Assembly: GCA_964493635.1 (NCBI GenBank) | Contig: CAZBOW010000004.1 | Location: 47,635-98,049 of the forward strand | Origin: an uncultured Hyphomicrobiales bacterium | GTDB taxonomy: Bacteria; Bacteroidota; Ignavibacteria; Kapaibacteriales; Kapaibacteriaceae | Length of the DNA stretch: 50,415 bases | Reading direction: 5' to 3' | In this document: piece after piece, positions 16,497-26,535 of the stretch | Layout of the letters: each line of letters begins with the position of its first letter | Numbering within the stretch: the stretch's first letter is position 1 | Position numbers and translations under genes: made by a program | Notes under the pieces: generated by a model | Databases searched by the model: none | What the model was told of the DNA's origin: nothing | The model's input: only the letters and a program-made list of their open reading frames with translations

Positions 16497-17747
16497 ATGA
16501 ATGTTGCCATCATTACCATCGGCGATGAGCTGCTCATCGGTCAGGTTATCAATCGCAATGCGGCGTGGATTGCCGAGCAGTGTACCAACATCGGATGCTC
16601 GGTGGTGGCGCACAGCGTTGTCGGTGATCATGCCGATGACCTTTCCAGTGAGATCCGTAGGCTCAGTGCTCGCTGCGCTGCCTTGGTTCTCACCGGAGGC
16701 TTAGGACCTACCCACGACGACATCACCAAGTTTGTTCTGGCGGACATGGCGGGCGACCACATGGTGGTTCATCAGCCATGGGTCGACCATCTGCGTGCGT
16801 GGTTAGCCAAACGCGGCAGGGAGCTCTCGGCTCGAAATGCCGGTCAGGCTGAGGTGCCATCATCAGCAGCTGTCTTGCATAACCCCGTCGGAACCGCACC
16901 GGGACTCTGGATGACGATCGACGGTACGATCGTCGTAGCGCTTCCCGGTGTGCCACGCGAGATGCAGGCCCTAATGGCAGCGGAGGTGCTCCCACGATTT
17001 GCCAAGCATGTGGCCTTGGAAGAAGGTCCGATCTGGACCTACCATACCCTGCAAACAACCGGGATCGCCGAGAGTAACCTTGCCGACCTTATTGGGGAGC
17101 CCTCGGAATTCTTAGGTTCCTCGACCTTGGCGTTTCTTCCCAACCTTCAGGGTGTTCGGTTACGCATTGGAGTGGTCGGGCGCTCGGAAGCTGAGCGAAA
17201 TGCGGAGCGAGATCGTCTGCGTGCGCTGCTGTGGGAGCGTGCGGGTCGGTTCATTTTTGGCGAGGGCGACCGTACCCTGAGCGAAGCTGTAGGCCTTGAG
17301 TTGGCCCGTCGTGGCCACACCATTGCCGTAGCCGAATCCTGTACCGGGGGGCTATTAGGTGCTGAGCTGACCAAGGTACAGGGCTCCAGTGCCTGGTTTT
17401 TGGGCGGGTACCTGGCCTACGACAACCGGATCAAGATCGCAGAGGTCAACGTACGCCCTGCCGATTTGGATCGTGTTGGGGCGGTGAGTCAGGAGGTAGC
17501 CGAGCAGCTTGCTACGGGCGCCCGTGATCAGATCAACACCACGTGGGGTATTGGCATTACTGGTATCGCCGGACCCGGCGGGGGAACAACGGAGAAACCC
17601 GTCGGCACGATTTGGATTGCCCTTGCCGGACCACACGGTGTGAAGGCTACCCGGTTCCAATTCGGTGATGAGCGGCATTCCAACCGTGAACGCAGCGTTG
17701 GTGCTGCGCTGGGCATGCTGTGGACGGCGCTGAAGGCGGACGCATGA
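16497..17747 (+). CDS. cinA: CinA-family competence/damage-inducible protein (MoCF-like N-domain plus PncC-type NMN deamidase C-domain)
   Basis: 416 aa from ATG 16497. The N-terminus NVAIITIGDELLIGQVINRNAAWIAEQ is typical of CinA. The C-domain has AVAESCTGGLLGA. Confidence 0.9.
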   Translation: MNVAIITIGDELLIGQVINRNAAWIAEQCTNIGCSVVAHSVVGDHADDLSSEIRRLSARCAALVLTGGLGPTHDDITKFVLADMAGDHMVVHQPWVDHLRAWLAKRGRELSARNAGQAEVPSSAAVLHNPVGTAPGLWMTIDGTIVVALPGVPREMQALMAAEVLPRFAKHVALEEGPIWTYHTLQTTGIAESNLADLIGEPSEFLGSSTLAFLPNLQGVRLRIGVVGRSEAERNAERDRLRALLWERAGRFIFGEGDRTLSEAVGLELARRGHTIAVAESCTGGLLGAELTKVQGSSAWFLGGYLAYDNRIKIAEVNVRPADLDRVGAVSQEVAEQLATGARDQINTTWGIGITGIAGPGGGTTEKPVGTIWIALAGPHGVKATRFQFGDERHSNRERSVGAALGMLWTALKADA

Positions 17748-18751
17748 CGGTTCTGGCAATCGAAACGTCCTGCGATGACACCTCTGTAGCCATCGTACGG
17801 GATCGTACGGTACTGAGCAATCTGATCTCATCACAACCGATCCACGATGCGTGGGGAGGGATCGTCCCCGAACTGGCATCGCGCGAGCATGTCAAAGCGA
17901 TCGGCCCGCTTCTTCATGCCGCCCTGCACCAAGCGAATGTTACGATCGACGCGGTGGATGCTGTTGCAGTCACGACGGGTCCGGGCCTAGCGGGATCGCT
18001 CCTTGTGGGAAGTCATGTTGGAAAGGGGCTTGCCTTGCGATATGGCCTGCCCTTGCTTCCCGTGCACCACATCGAGGCCCACATCTACTCCGGATACCTG
18101 GAAGACGAGGATCTGCCGTTCCCATCGGTGTGTTTGGTCGTTAGCGGCGGACACACCAGCATTGTGTTGGTTCGGAGTTATTCCGACTATGAGGTGCTGG
18201 GGAACACACGTGATGATGCGGCAGGCGAGGCCTTCGACAAGGTTTCCAAGCTGCTTGGCATGGGATATCCTGGCGGTCCGCATATCGATCGTATGGCACA
18301 ACGAGGCAATCCTGATGCCTATGGTTTTCCGCGCGGGCTGGCTGGGGATGGGTCGTACGATTTTTCGTTCAGCGGCCTGAAGACAGCGGTTCGATACCAC
18401 GTGCGCGACGCCGAGCGCGACACGGGTCCCCTAACCGATGATGATCGTGCTAACATCTGTGCGTCCGTGCAGCGCGCCATCGTGGACGTTCTTGTGACCA
18501 AGACGATGCGGGCGGCATCCGAGCATCAGGTGAGGGCCGTCTGTGTTGCCGGAGGAGTCAGTGCCAACAGCGAGCTCCGTGCAACGTTCGCTGCAGCGTG
18601 TGCAGAAAAGGGGCTGCTGTTTGCAGCCCCTCGTGCGGAGTATTGTGTAGACAACGCCGCCATGATCGGATTTCTCGCATCACAACGCTTTGCGCTGGGC
18701 GATCATGGTGATCTCCACTGCACCATCCAGCCTCGTGGACTGCGCAGCTAG
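17744..18751 (+). CDS. tsaD: tRNA N6-adenosine threonylcarbamoyltransferase TsaD
   Basis: MTVLAIETSCDDTSVAIV start, in an ATGA overlap with the cinA stop. It has the metal-binding HHIEAH motif and GGVSANSELR. Confidence 0.95.
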   Translation: MTVLAIETSCDDTSVAIVRDRTVLSNLISSQPIHDAWGGIVPELASREHVKAIGPLLHAALHQANVTIDAVDAVAVTTGPGLAGSLLVGSHVGKGLALRYGLPLLPVHHIEAHIYSGYLEDEDLPFPSVCLVVSGGHTSIVLVRSYSDYEVLGNTRDDAAGEAFDKVSKLLGMGYPGGPHIDRMAQRGNPDAYGFPRGLAGDGSYDFSFSGLKTAVRYHVRDAERDTGPLTDDDRANICASVQRAIVDVLVTKTMRAASEHQVRAVCVAGGVSANSELRATFAAACAEKGLLFAAPRAEYCVDNAAMIGFLASQRFALGDHGDLHCTIQPRGLRS

Positions 18752-18760
18752 GTCGGCGAG

Positions 18761-20062
18761 TTAGCCGACGAGCTCCGGATACAAACCAAATGGTGCGCAG
18801 TAGGCCTTGACGTCGGCCTTGACTGCCGTGTGCACATCGGCGTCATCCGGTGCCGTGATCACGCGATCGATGAAGCCGACAATGGCGTGCATGTCTGTTT
18901 CCGTGAAGCCACGCGATGTCATAGCCGCCGTGCCCAGGCGAATGCCAGAGGTGATCAGCGGAGACTTGTCGTCGTTGGGAACCGAGTTCTTGTTACACGT
19001 GATGCCTGCAGCATCGAGAGCCGTCTCGGCTTTCTTACCCGTGACGTTCTTATTTCGCAGGTCTACCAGCATCACGTGGTTGTCCGTTCCGCCGGAGATC
19101 ACGTGGTACCCACGCTCCATGAGCGCAGAGGCCATTGCTTGGGCATTAGCCACAACCTGCTTGGTGTACTGATCGAACGTATCGGTCAGTGCCTCGCCGA
19201 AGGCAACGGCCTTGGCGGCGATCACATGCATCAACGGACCTCCCTGGATACCGGGCATCACCATCGAGTCGATGAGTTCGCTCATCATCTTGGTGCGCCC
19301 ACTCTTGGGAGCCACCTTGCCAAAGGGATTTTCGTAATCCTTGCCCATCACGATCAGACCACCACGCGGACCGCGCAGCGTTTTGTGCGTGGTTGACGTA
19401 ACGATGTCGCAGTACGGCACCGGACTCATCAGTCGCCCTTTGGCAATCAGTCCAGCCGGGTGCGCGATGTCGGCCAGCAGGAACGCTCCAACGGAATCGG
19501 CAATCTCCCGGAACGCCTTGTAATCAATCTCTCGCGAATAGGCGCTGGCGCCAACGGTGATCATCTTCGGTTTGTGGAGCTTGGCAAGGTCGGCCACAGC
19601 GTTGTAGTCGATCCGGCCGGTTTCCAAGTCCAGGCCGTAGCCAATGAAGTTGTAGAAGATTCCTGAGAAATTGACGGGCGAGCCATGCGTGAGGTGACCG
19701 CCGTGGGAAAGGTCCATACCAAGGACGGTGTCGCCAGGCTGGAGGTACGTGAAGTACACAGCCATATTCGCACCAGAGCCCGAGTGCGGTTGCACGTTGG
19801 CATACTCGGCACCAAAAAGCTGCTTCAGACGGTCGATCGCCAGCGATTCGGCAACGTCGACCCATTCACAGCCGCCGTAGTATCGACGTCCAGGATAGCC
19901 CTCGGCGTATTTGTTGGTCAGAACAGACCCCTGGGCTTCCATCACGGCAAGGGAGGTGAAGTTCTCCGAGGCGATGAGCTCAATCTTATCACGTTGCCGT
20001 CCGAACTCACCAACAAGACTTGCGTGAAGTTCAGGATCGGCCTTCAGGACATGGTTGTACAT
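18761..20062 (-). CDS. glyA: Serine hydroxymethyltransferase
   Basis: 433 aa. PLP-lysine motif [15 protein letters not shown], plus LIASENFTS and [12 protein letters not shown]. Confidence 0.97.
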   Translation of the reverse strand: MYNHVLKADPELHASLVGEFGRQRDKIELIASENFTSLAVMEAQGSVLTNKYAEGYPGRRYYGGCEWVDVAESLAIDRLKQLFGAEYANVQPHSGSGANMAVYFTYLQPGDTVLGMDLSHGGHLTHGSPVNFSGIFYNFIGYGLDLETGRIDYNAVADLAKLHKPKMITVGASAYSREIDYKAFREIADSVGAFLLADIAHPAGLIAKGRLMSPVPYCDIVTSTTHKTLRGPRGGLIVMGKDYENPFGKVAPKSGRTKMMSELIDSMVMPGIQGGPLMHVIAAKAVAFGEALTDTFDQYTKQVVANAQAMASALMERGYHVISGGTDNHVMLVDLRNKNVTGKKAETALDAAGITCNKNSVPNDDKSPLITSGIRLGTAAMTSRGFTETDMHAIVGFIDRVITAPDDADVHTAVKADVKAYCAPFGLYPELVG

Positions 20063-20093
20063 GGGTTACAACATCCAGTATAGTTAGTGTGCA

Positions 20094-21035
20094 TTAATGA
20101 GCGATCGTCAGCAGAACAGATGCCCAGTGGCTGCCGTCCGTGACACGCACCGACCACACGCCCGTGGACAACTGGGAGGTAGGCACCACGATGGACGATG
20201 TCCGAACCGTGGTTCCCGTCAGCAAGGAGACGGTGCGTCCAGCAACATCGGTGGCCGTCATCGTGACCGTGCGCCCAAGCCACGACTCTGGCACCATGAT
20301 CGTTGCAACATCGTGAGCCGGATTCGGGGCAATTGCCAGATGCACGTCCGGGTGCTGTTCAGCAACCGACGTAACCTCATCACCGAAGCAAATGGTTTCA
20401 CCAGTCTGTGCGTTCACCACGCACACAAAGACGCCGCCACCAGCACCACCGGGTCCACCGGGTCCGCCGCCAAAGCCCCCTGGAATCCAATTCAGTAGCC
20501 AGAACGGCGTGCCCGCTGGAAAGAGTGGAATCTGGTCGTCGGCCACCGAGAGCACCACAAACGATGGAGCGCTATCGGGATGGGCTACGGCCCAGTCGCG
20601 GTAATCGGCGTTGGCCTTGACGGCACCAACTAATTCTGAGCCCTGCAGAAAGGTGGTTGGCAGGGGAGTCGTGGGAGCATCACCCAAATCACCAAAGGCG
20701 CCCGGATCGAATCCGTCGATTGGCGGCGGTGTACAGCTGCCGAGCAGTCGAATCAGGGGCGTGGCTGCAATCGTGTCCAAGGCCTCGCTTTTGACCAGAT
20801 AGATCCAAGCCGACGAACGACCATCATCCATGCTCATGCCGATGTTGAGCTCGGTACCACCAAGCGGAACGGGAATGCCAATGGCAAGTATGCCAACGAT
20901 GGTGCCGTCGGTTGCACCCTCGATGGAGCGCGAGGCCGACGCAGCACACTGCTGCGGCAGGTAGCCTGGAAGGCTGAATTGTGCGCTCACGGTCGTAGTC
21001 AGAGCAGCAAGAAGTAGCATGATGACAAGTGGCAT
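20094..21035 (-). CDS. Secreted protein of unknown function with a T9SS C-terminal sorting domain
   Basis: 313 aa from ATG 21035, with GGGAG about 7 nt upstream; the ORF track uses TTG 21068. Signal peptide is MPLVIMLLLAALTTTVSAQ. An internal Gly/Pro tract reads GGFGGGPGGPGGAGGG. The C-terminal CTD-like ~85 aa are IAPNPAHDVATIMV...TDVAGRTVSLL...LSTGVWSVRVTDG...LLTIAH. Confidence 0.7.
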   Translation of the reverse strand: MPLVIMLLLAALTTTVSAQFSLPGYLPQQCAASASRSIEGATDGTIVGILAIGIPVPLGGTELNIGMSMDDGRSSAWIYLVKSEALDTIAATPLIRLLGSCTPPPIDGFDPGAFGDLGDAPTTPLPTTFLQGSELVGAVKANADYRDWAVAHPDSAPSFVVLSVADDQIPLFPAGTPFWLLNWIPGGFGGGPGGPGGAGGGVFVCVVNAQTGETICFGDEVTSVAEQHPDVHLAIAPNPAHDVATIMVPESWLGRTVTMTATDVAGRTVSLLTGTTVRTSSIVVPTSQLSTGVWSVRVTDGSHWASVLLTIAH

Positions 21036-21144
21036 GACGCTCCCAATCAGGGGGGTGAACAAGAACAAGGTCCGTGGTGCAAATCTACCATGTTAAGTTT
21101 GCCGTTGCTATTACGATCCATCCGATATCTCTTTCGATCTGAAC

Positions 21145-23193
21145 ATGAAAAAAAGTGAATGGCTGTCCGTTGCTAGAACAATGCTTGCCTCGCGCCGAAT
21201 TGATGAGATCGAGGAGCAGGAGCTGGCCCCTTCGGGAGCCGTGAAGTATCAGTTTTCCGCTAAGGGCCACGAACTCGTGCAGGCACTGCTGGCTGTTCAC
21301 CTTACGCAGGGTAGAGACGGCGCATCCGTCTACTACCGATCCCGGCCGTTTGTCCTTGGCGCAGGCCTAACCTATGAAGAGGCCTTTGCCAGCTCGATGG
21401 CCCGTGTGGGAAGTCGCAGTGGCGGGCGGGACGTTGGTGTCGTGCACCATCTGCCGAACCGACAGGGCGTTACTGTCCTTCCATCGGCGGGCGATGTGGG
21501 GTCGCAGTACACGCCCTGCGTGGGATGGGCCCAGTCGATTCGCTACCACAACGATGTTCTCGGGGACTCGTCATGGAAGGGGGCTGTTGCGGTGGTGCTC
21601 GGCGGAGATGGTTCGACGGCCACGAACGGATTTTGGGCGGCCCTGAACATTGCTACAACCCAAAAGCTGCCGATGATCTTCTTCATCGAGGATAATCAGT
21701 TAGGGATTAGCGTTCCCGGATCGATGCAGACGCCTGGTGGAAGTATATCGGCTAATCTTGCCTCGTTTACCCACCTGCGCATTGTAGAGTTTGATGGGAC
21801 GCTGCCGGACGAAGCTTCACGACTCATCGAAAAGACGGTCGACCATGTGCGAACGACAGGCCTTCCGGCTCTGATCCATGCTCATGTGCCGCGAATCTGT
21901 GGCCACAGCGGGGCAGACAATCAATCATACAAGACCGACGAACAACGTCAGTTCGATCGTCAGAACGACCCCATCGACAGGATTCGGGAGTTCGTTGTTC
22001 GCAAGAACTATGTCGACGAGGCCGGATGGGCTGCACTCGTTGCCGAGGTCGACGCCGAGGTGCGCGCCGCTTCCGAGGCGGCACTTGCCCAGCCAGAACC
22101 AGATCCACAGAGTGTTGTGCAGCGAATCTACTTTGATGGTACCATCCCTAAGCACGGTGGTTTGCTCGCAGACGGTATTGCTGCGCTCGGCGGATCGGCA
22201 GAGGTGCGCGAAGAGGGACCGCGAGTGAATCTGATCGATGCAGTCCGGCGAACCCTAGATCACGAGCTATCAGTCAATCCTCGATTGCTGGTCTTTGGCG
22301 AGGACGTGGGTGTGAAAGGTGGCGTTCATGGAGCTACTGTGGATCTGCAACTGAAGCACGGTGAGCAGCGCGTGTTCGACACTTCGCTCTCGGAGGAGGG
22401 AATCATCGGACGATCGGTAGGGATGGCACTGTCGGGTTTGATGCCCGTGCCCGAGATTCAGTTTCGGAAGTACCTCGATCCCGCAACGGAACAGATCAAC
22501 AACGCCGGAACACTGCGGTGGCGTACCAATGGCGACTTTGCCACACCAATGGTGGTGCGCATTCCCATCGGGTACTCAAAGAGAACCGGAGATCCCTGGC
22601 ACTCCGTCAGTGGCGAGGCAATCTTTGCGCATTCGATTGGGTGGCACATTGCGATCCCGTCGAATGCACAGGACGCCGTAGGATTGTTGCGTACGGCTCT
22701 GCGCGGAAATGATCCAACCTTCTTCCTTGAGCACCGCGATATCCAAGACACCAAACCTGGTCGTGGAAAGTATCCCGGCGACCACTACATGCTTCCGTTT
22801 GGTGTTGCCCGGAGGCACCGCGCAGGAACAGCCGTGACCGTAGTGTGCTGGGGCGAGATGGTGCACCGCGCTACGGAGGCTGCAGAGCTTGTTGGTGTTG
22901 ATGCGGACATCCTTGACCTTCGCACGATTGCACCGTGGGATAAACAGGCTGTGCTCCAGAGTATTGCTGTCACGAATCGTTGCCTTGTTGTCCACGAAGA
23001 TGGGTGGACCTGTGGCTTCGGTGCGGAGATTGCCGCTACCATTGCCCAGGACGCCTTCGATCTGTTGGATGCGCCAGTGGTTCGCCTTGCAACTCCCGAT
23101 GTTCCCATCCCCTATAACATCGGTATGATGCATCAGGTGATTCCCTCCGTTGAACGCATCGCTTCTGAGCTGAAGCGACTGGCTGCCTACTAG
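21145..23193 (+). CDS. Fused alpha/beta E1 component of a 2-oxoacid dehydrogenase (TPP-dependent)
   Basis: 682 aa. The N-half has the TPP-binding GDG...N motif (VLGGDGSTATNGFWAALNIA). The C-half is E1-beta/transketolase-like (FGEDVGVKGGVHGAT, PEIQFRKYL, C-terminal PDVPIPYN). Confidence 0.85.
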   Translation: MKKSEWLSVARTMLASRRIDEIEEQELAPSGAVKYQFSAKGHELVQALLAVHLTQGRDGASVYYRSRPFVLGAGLTYEEAFASSMARVGSRSGGRDVGVVHHLPNRQGVTVLPSAGDVGSQYTPCVGWAQSIRYHNDVLGDSSWKGAVAVVLGGDGSTATNGFWAALNIATTQKLPMIFFIEDNQLGISVPGSMQTPGGSISANLASFTHLRIVEFDGTLPDEASRLIEKTVDHVRTTGLPALIHAHVPRICGHSGADNQSYKTDEQRQFDRQNDPIDRIREFVVRKNYVDEAGWAALVAEVDAEVRAASEAALAQPEPDPQSVVQRIYFDGTIPKHGGLLADGIAALGGSAEVREEGPRVNLIDAVRRTLDHELSVNPRLLVFGEDVGVKGGVHGATVDLQLKHGEQRVFDTSLSEEGIIGRSVGMALSGLMPVPEIQFRKYLDPATEQINNAGTLRWRTNGDFATPMVVRIPIGYSKRTGDPWHSVSGEAIFAHSIGWHIAIPSNAQDAVGLLRTALRGNDPTFFLEHRDIQDTKPGRGKYPGDHYMLPFGVARRHRAGTAVTVVCWGEMVHRATEAAELVGVDADILDLRTIAPWDKQAVLQSIAVTNRCLVVHEDGWTCGFGAEIAATIAQDAFDLLDAPVVRLATPDVPIPYNIGMMHQVIPSVERIASELKRLAAY

Positions 23194-23204
23194 CATCAAT
23201 TCGT

Positions 23205-25208
23205 ATGAAGAAGCTCGTTCTGAAGCGGGTTGTCCCAACAACGACTCACACGGACTATCGTATTGCGTACCGTGAGGAGTTGAACCCGTCACAGTACGAG
23301 GCCGTCTTCCATACGGAGGGTCCGGCGCTGGTTCTTGCCGGTGCTGGCACCGGTAAAACGCGCACGCTCACGTATCGTGTTGCTCGCTTGGTGGAGGATG
23401 GCGTCGATCCGGCGTCGATCCTGCTGCTGACGTTTACGCGGAAGGCCGCCCGCCAGATGGTTCAGCGGGCCGGTGCGCTGTTGGACGGCCGCTGCGATCA
23501 CGTGGTTGGTGGAACCTTCCACGCCTTTGCCTACATGCTCCTGCAGCGCAGCGCCCCTGCCGACCGGCCGGCCGTGAGCATCCTCGATCAGGCGGATGCC
23601 GAAGATGTGATGAATCTGGTCCGTGGGACGCTGGACGTCAAGAGTCTGAAGCGACGCTTCCCCAAGAAACAGACGCTGGTGGCGATGTGCAGCCGCGCAG
23701 TCAACACCATGACACCCGTGGCGACGGTGATCGCAGACGAATACCCACAGTATGTCGACCTCACCGATCAAATCACCGACGTCATCCAACGGTACCATCG
23801 CTATAAGCGTCAGCATGGCCTCTACGACTACGACGACCTACTGCTGCATCTTCTGGCGACCACCCAGGATCCGGTGCACGGACCGGCTCTCCGAAAGCGG
23901 TTTCAGCATGTGATGGTCGATGAGTATCAGGATACCAACGTCCTGCAACACCAAATCATTCTGGGGTTGGCCGGTCGGAAGGGGAATGTGCTGGCCGTTG
24001 GAGACGACGCCCAAAGTATCTACTCGTTTCGAGGCGCCGATGTTCACAACATCCATGCCTTCCCAGAGTCCTTCGATCAGTGTCGGATGATTCGATTGGA
24101 GCAGAACTACCGCTCCTCACAGCCGATTCTGGATGTGTGCAACAGCGTCCTGCGCGACGCTCCGGAGATGTTCGAAAAAGAGCTGTTCTCGGACCGTACC
24201 GAGGGTGAGCAGCCGATGATTGTTGCCTGCACGAATGAACGGCAGCAGAGTGCCTTCGTTGTACAAGAGATTCTTCAGCAGCGAGAACAAGGTCGTGGCT
24301 TGGCCGACATCGCCGTGCTGGTCCGATCGGGGTTTCTGTCCTTTGATCTGGAGATTGAACTCAACAAAGCAAACATCCCATTTCGGAAGGTGGGAGGCAT
24401 GCGCTTTACGGAGGCCGCCCATGTCAAGGACCTACTCGCGCTGTTACGAATCACGGTCAACCCGCGCGACGTGATCGCATGGTACCGTTTATTGATGCTC
24501 CAGCCCGGCATTGGTCCGAAAACCGCCCAGGCACTTGTCGATACCATCTCGCGAATCGCTGACCCACTGCAGCGGTCGACCACGGAATCGACCACGGAAT
24601 CGACCACGGAATCGACCACGGAATCGACCATCGAAGATCAGCCAGGAGGGCGCAAGATCACCGCGGTACTCGACCTTCTCCGCTCGGCGAGAGCCGAAGC
24701 GTCGTGTTCGGATCGCCTGCAGCTGCTAGCCGAAGGGTATCGCCCGACGCTCGAGCGGGTGTACGACGATCATGCGAAGCGCTGGAAGGACATTCAAACG
24801 ATGGTCGGAATCGGCTCGAACTATGCAACAGCCGAGGAATTCCTCTCCGATATTGCCCTGGACCCACCCTCGGAGGCACTCGACGATCTGGGCCCCGACG
24901 ATGGCGAGGACGAGTTTGTGACGATTTCCACCATTCACTCGGCCAAGGGGCTGGAGTGGGCAACGGTCTTTGTGATCTGGGTCAACGAAGGCCGGCTGCC
25001 ATCCTCCCGGAGCGCTGAGAGCGAGGCGTCGCTGGAAGAGGAGCGCCGCCTGCTGTACGTTGCCTGCACCAGGGCAAAGGATCTCCTCGTGCTGACCTAC
25101 CCCAGTATCATGATGGAATGGGAGCAAACGGACGTGCTCGGCAAGCCGAGTCGATTCTTGGATGCCGTAGCCGAGAGCATCTGTCCGAGGTACCTGCTAA
25201 CCGAATAG
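23205..25208 (+). CDS. UvrD/PcrA/Rep-family SF1 ATP-dependent DNA helicase
   Basis: 667 aa. Motifs seen: Walker A AGAGTGKT, motif II VDEYQDTN, QNYRSS, TIHSAKGLEW and YVACTRAK. It carries an internal (STTE)n repeat. Confidence 0.9.
   Translation: MKKLVLKRVVPTTTHTDYRIAYREELNPSQYEAVFHTEGPALVLAGAGTGKTRTLTYRVARLVEDGVDPASILLLTFTRKAARQMVQRAGALLDGRCDHVVGGTFHAFAYMLLQRSAPADRPAVSILDQADAEDVMNLVRGTLDVKSLKRRFPKKQTLVAMCSRAVNTMTPVATVIADEYPQYVDLTDQITDVIQRYHRYKRQHGLYDYDDLLLHLLATTQDPVHGPALRKRFQHVMVDEYQDTNVLQHQIILGLAGRKGNVLAVGDDAQSIYSFRGADVHNIHAFPESFDQCRMIRLEQNYRSSQPILDVCNSVLRDAPEMFEKELFSDRTEGEQPMIVACTNERQQSAFVVQEILQQREQGRGLADIAVLVRSGFLSFDLEIELNKANIPFRKVGGMRFTEAAHVKDLLALLRITVNPRDVIAWYRLLMLQPGIGPKTAQALVDTISRIADPLQRSTTESTTESTTESTTESTIEDQPGGRKITAVLDLLRSARAEASCSDRLQLLAEGYRPTLERVYDDHAKRWKDIQTMVGIGSNYATAEEFLSDIALDPPSEALDDLGPDDGEDEFVTISTIHSAKGLEWATVFVIWVNEGRLPSSRSAESEASLEEERRLLYVACTRAKDLLVLTYPSIMMEWEQTDVLGKPSRFLDAVAESICPRYLLTE
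24576..24630 (+). repeat. In-frame 12-bp tandem repeat (tcgaccacggaa) x4.6 inside the helicase gene
   Basis: Four perfect copies (24576-24623) plus a 7-nt partial copy. It encodes STTE-STTE-STTE-STTE-ST. Confidence 0.95.
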
Positions 25209-25305
25209 TGTCGTCGTAATGATTCGGTAATCCGTACTTTTGCAGGATTGTGTGGACTGTGAAGCTTCGTTGTGGCATGATTGTTCAATCCGGAATAGGT
25301 GTGCT

Positions 25306-26535
25306 TTGAGCACGGTGTTGTTCCTTACGCCGAGATTTCCATGGCCTCTCATTGGTGGAGACCGTGTGAAGTCGTACTACCTGCTCTCGCATCTGGCGAA
25401 GACTCACCGCGTACATCTTGTGACCTTCCATCATGGTGGGCCCCCTACCCAAGAGCAGCGTGATGCCATCGCCAAGATCGGTGTTCACCTCACAGCGATT
25501 CCCTTGCACCCACTAACAGCCGGAGCGGCATGCGTGCGGTCGGCAGTAACAGATCTTCCCCTTGAGATTGCATTCTACACCCGGCCGGACTTCCAAGCGG
25601 CCGTCGATCGCATCTTGAACGAACACCCGGTAGATCTGGCGATCTCGTTCTTCATGCGCACGGCCGAGTACGTGCGACACAAGCCAGGTCTTCGACGCAT
25701 ATTGATTGCTGAAGATTGCCGGTTTGAGTATCAGACGCGGTCCGTTGCCTCGAGCACCAGTGCGCTACAGCGTATGGTGCGGAAGTGGGAGGTGGCAAAG
25801 CTGTCCGCCTACGAGCCACAGGTCATGGGTGATTTCGACTGCACGACGTTCGTTAGTCAGCAGGACATCGACGCCATGCGTCGTCAGCGCGACGACCTGC
25901 CGTATGCCTTGGTAACCAACGGAGTGCAAACCGACGAATTTAGCTTTGTTGAAGAGCAGGAACGTCGATCGGGAATTCTGTTTGCCGGCAAGCTGGATGT
26001 TCTGGCGAACATTCTTGCGGCGCGTTGGATTGTGGATGATATCCTGCCACGGGTGCAGTCGTCGGTACCCGAGGCCTTCCTAACGATTGTTGGTGCACAT
26101 CCGACACACGAGGTCCAGCGCATGGCCGCGCAGGCCTCCGAGCGCCACGTTCGCCTGCATGCAAACGTACCCAACATGGTGCCGTACTTGCACGATCATG
26201 CGGTGTTCCTCCATCCGCATCGCGGTGGGTCGGGTATTCAGAACAAGGTCCTCGAAGCCATGAGTGCGGGTTGCGTCGTTGTGACAACGCCGAGTGGAAT
26301 CCAAGGTATTGATGCCGTGCATCAGGAGCACTGTCTGATTGGCACAACATCGGAAGAGCTCGCTGCGCACGTGACATGGTTGCTCCAGCATCCGCTCGAA
26401 CGCAGTAGGATGGGGCGCGCGGCGCGCCAGCTGATGGAGCAGACCCACACGTGGCAGCATGTGTACGATCAAATCGACCATGTGATTGATCGTGTGCTTG
26501 CTCCAGGGGAGCACCATGATCACCTCCGAGCATAA
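25306..26535 (+). CDS. Glycosyltransferase family 4 (GT-B, group 1)
   Basis: N-terminus VLFLTPRFPWPLIGGDRVK. The C-terminal sugar-donor domain has FLHPHRGGSGIQNKVLEAMSAGCVVVTT (EX7E-type region). The start is uncertain: there is no in-frame ATG near the N-terminus, and candidates are TTG 25240/25270/25306 and GTG 25315. Confidence 0.8.
   Translation: MSTVLFLTPRFPWPLIGGDRVKSYYLLSHLAKTHRVHLVTFHHGGPPTQEQRDAIAKIGVHLTAIPLHPLTAGAACVRSAVTDLPLEIAFYTRPDFQAAVDRILNEHPVDLAISFFMRTAEYVRHKPGLRRILIAEDCRFEYQTRSVASSTSALQRMVRKWEVAKLSAYEPQVMGDFDCTTFVSQQDIDAMRRQRDDLPYALVTNGVQTDEFSFVEEQERRSGILFAGKLDVLANILAARWIVDDILPRVQSSVPEAFLTIVGAHPTHEVQRMAAQASERHVRLHANVPNMVPYLHDHAVFLHPHRGGSGIQNKVLEAMSAGCVVVTTPSGIQGIDAVHQEHCLIGTTSEELAAHVTWLLQHPLERSRMGRAARQLMEQTHTWQHVYDQIDHVIDRVLAPGEHHDHLRA

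Noticed and set aside
18752-18769. Bidirectional terminator between tsaD and glyA (GTCGGC-GAGTTA-GCCGAC)
   Set aside because: It has only a 6-bp stem, the loop and 3' arm overlap the glyA stop codon and coding end, and there is no U-tract on either strand. This is too weak to annotate.
24576-24630. Possible CRISPR or other spacer-repeat array
   Set aside because: The copies are contiguous 12-bp units with no spacers, lie in frame inside a helicase gene, and no cas genes are present. It is a coding minisatellite, not a CRISPR array.
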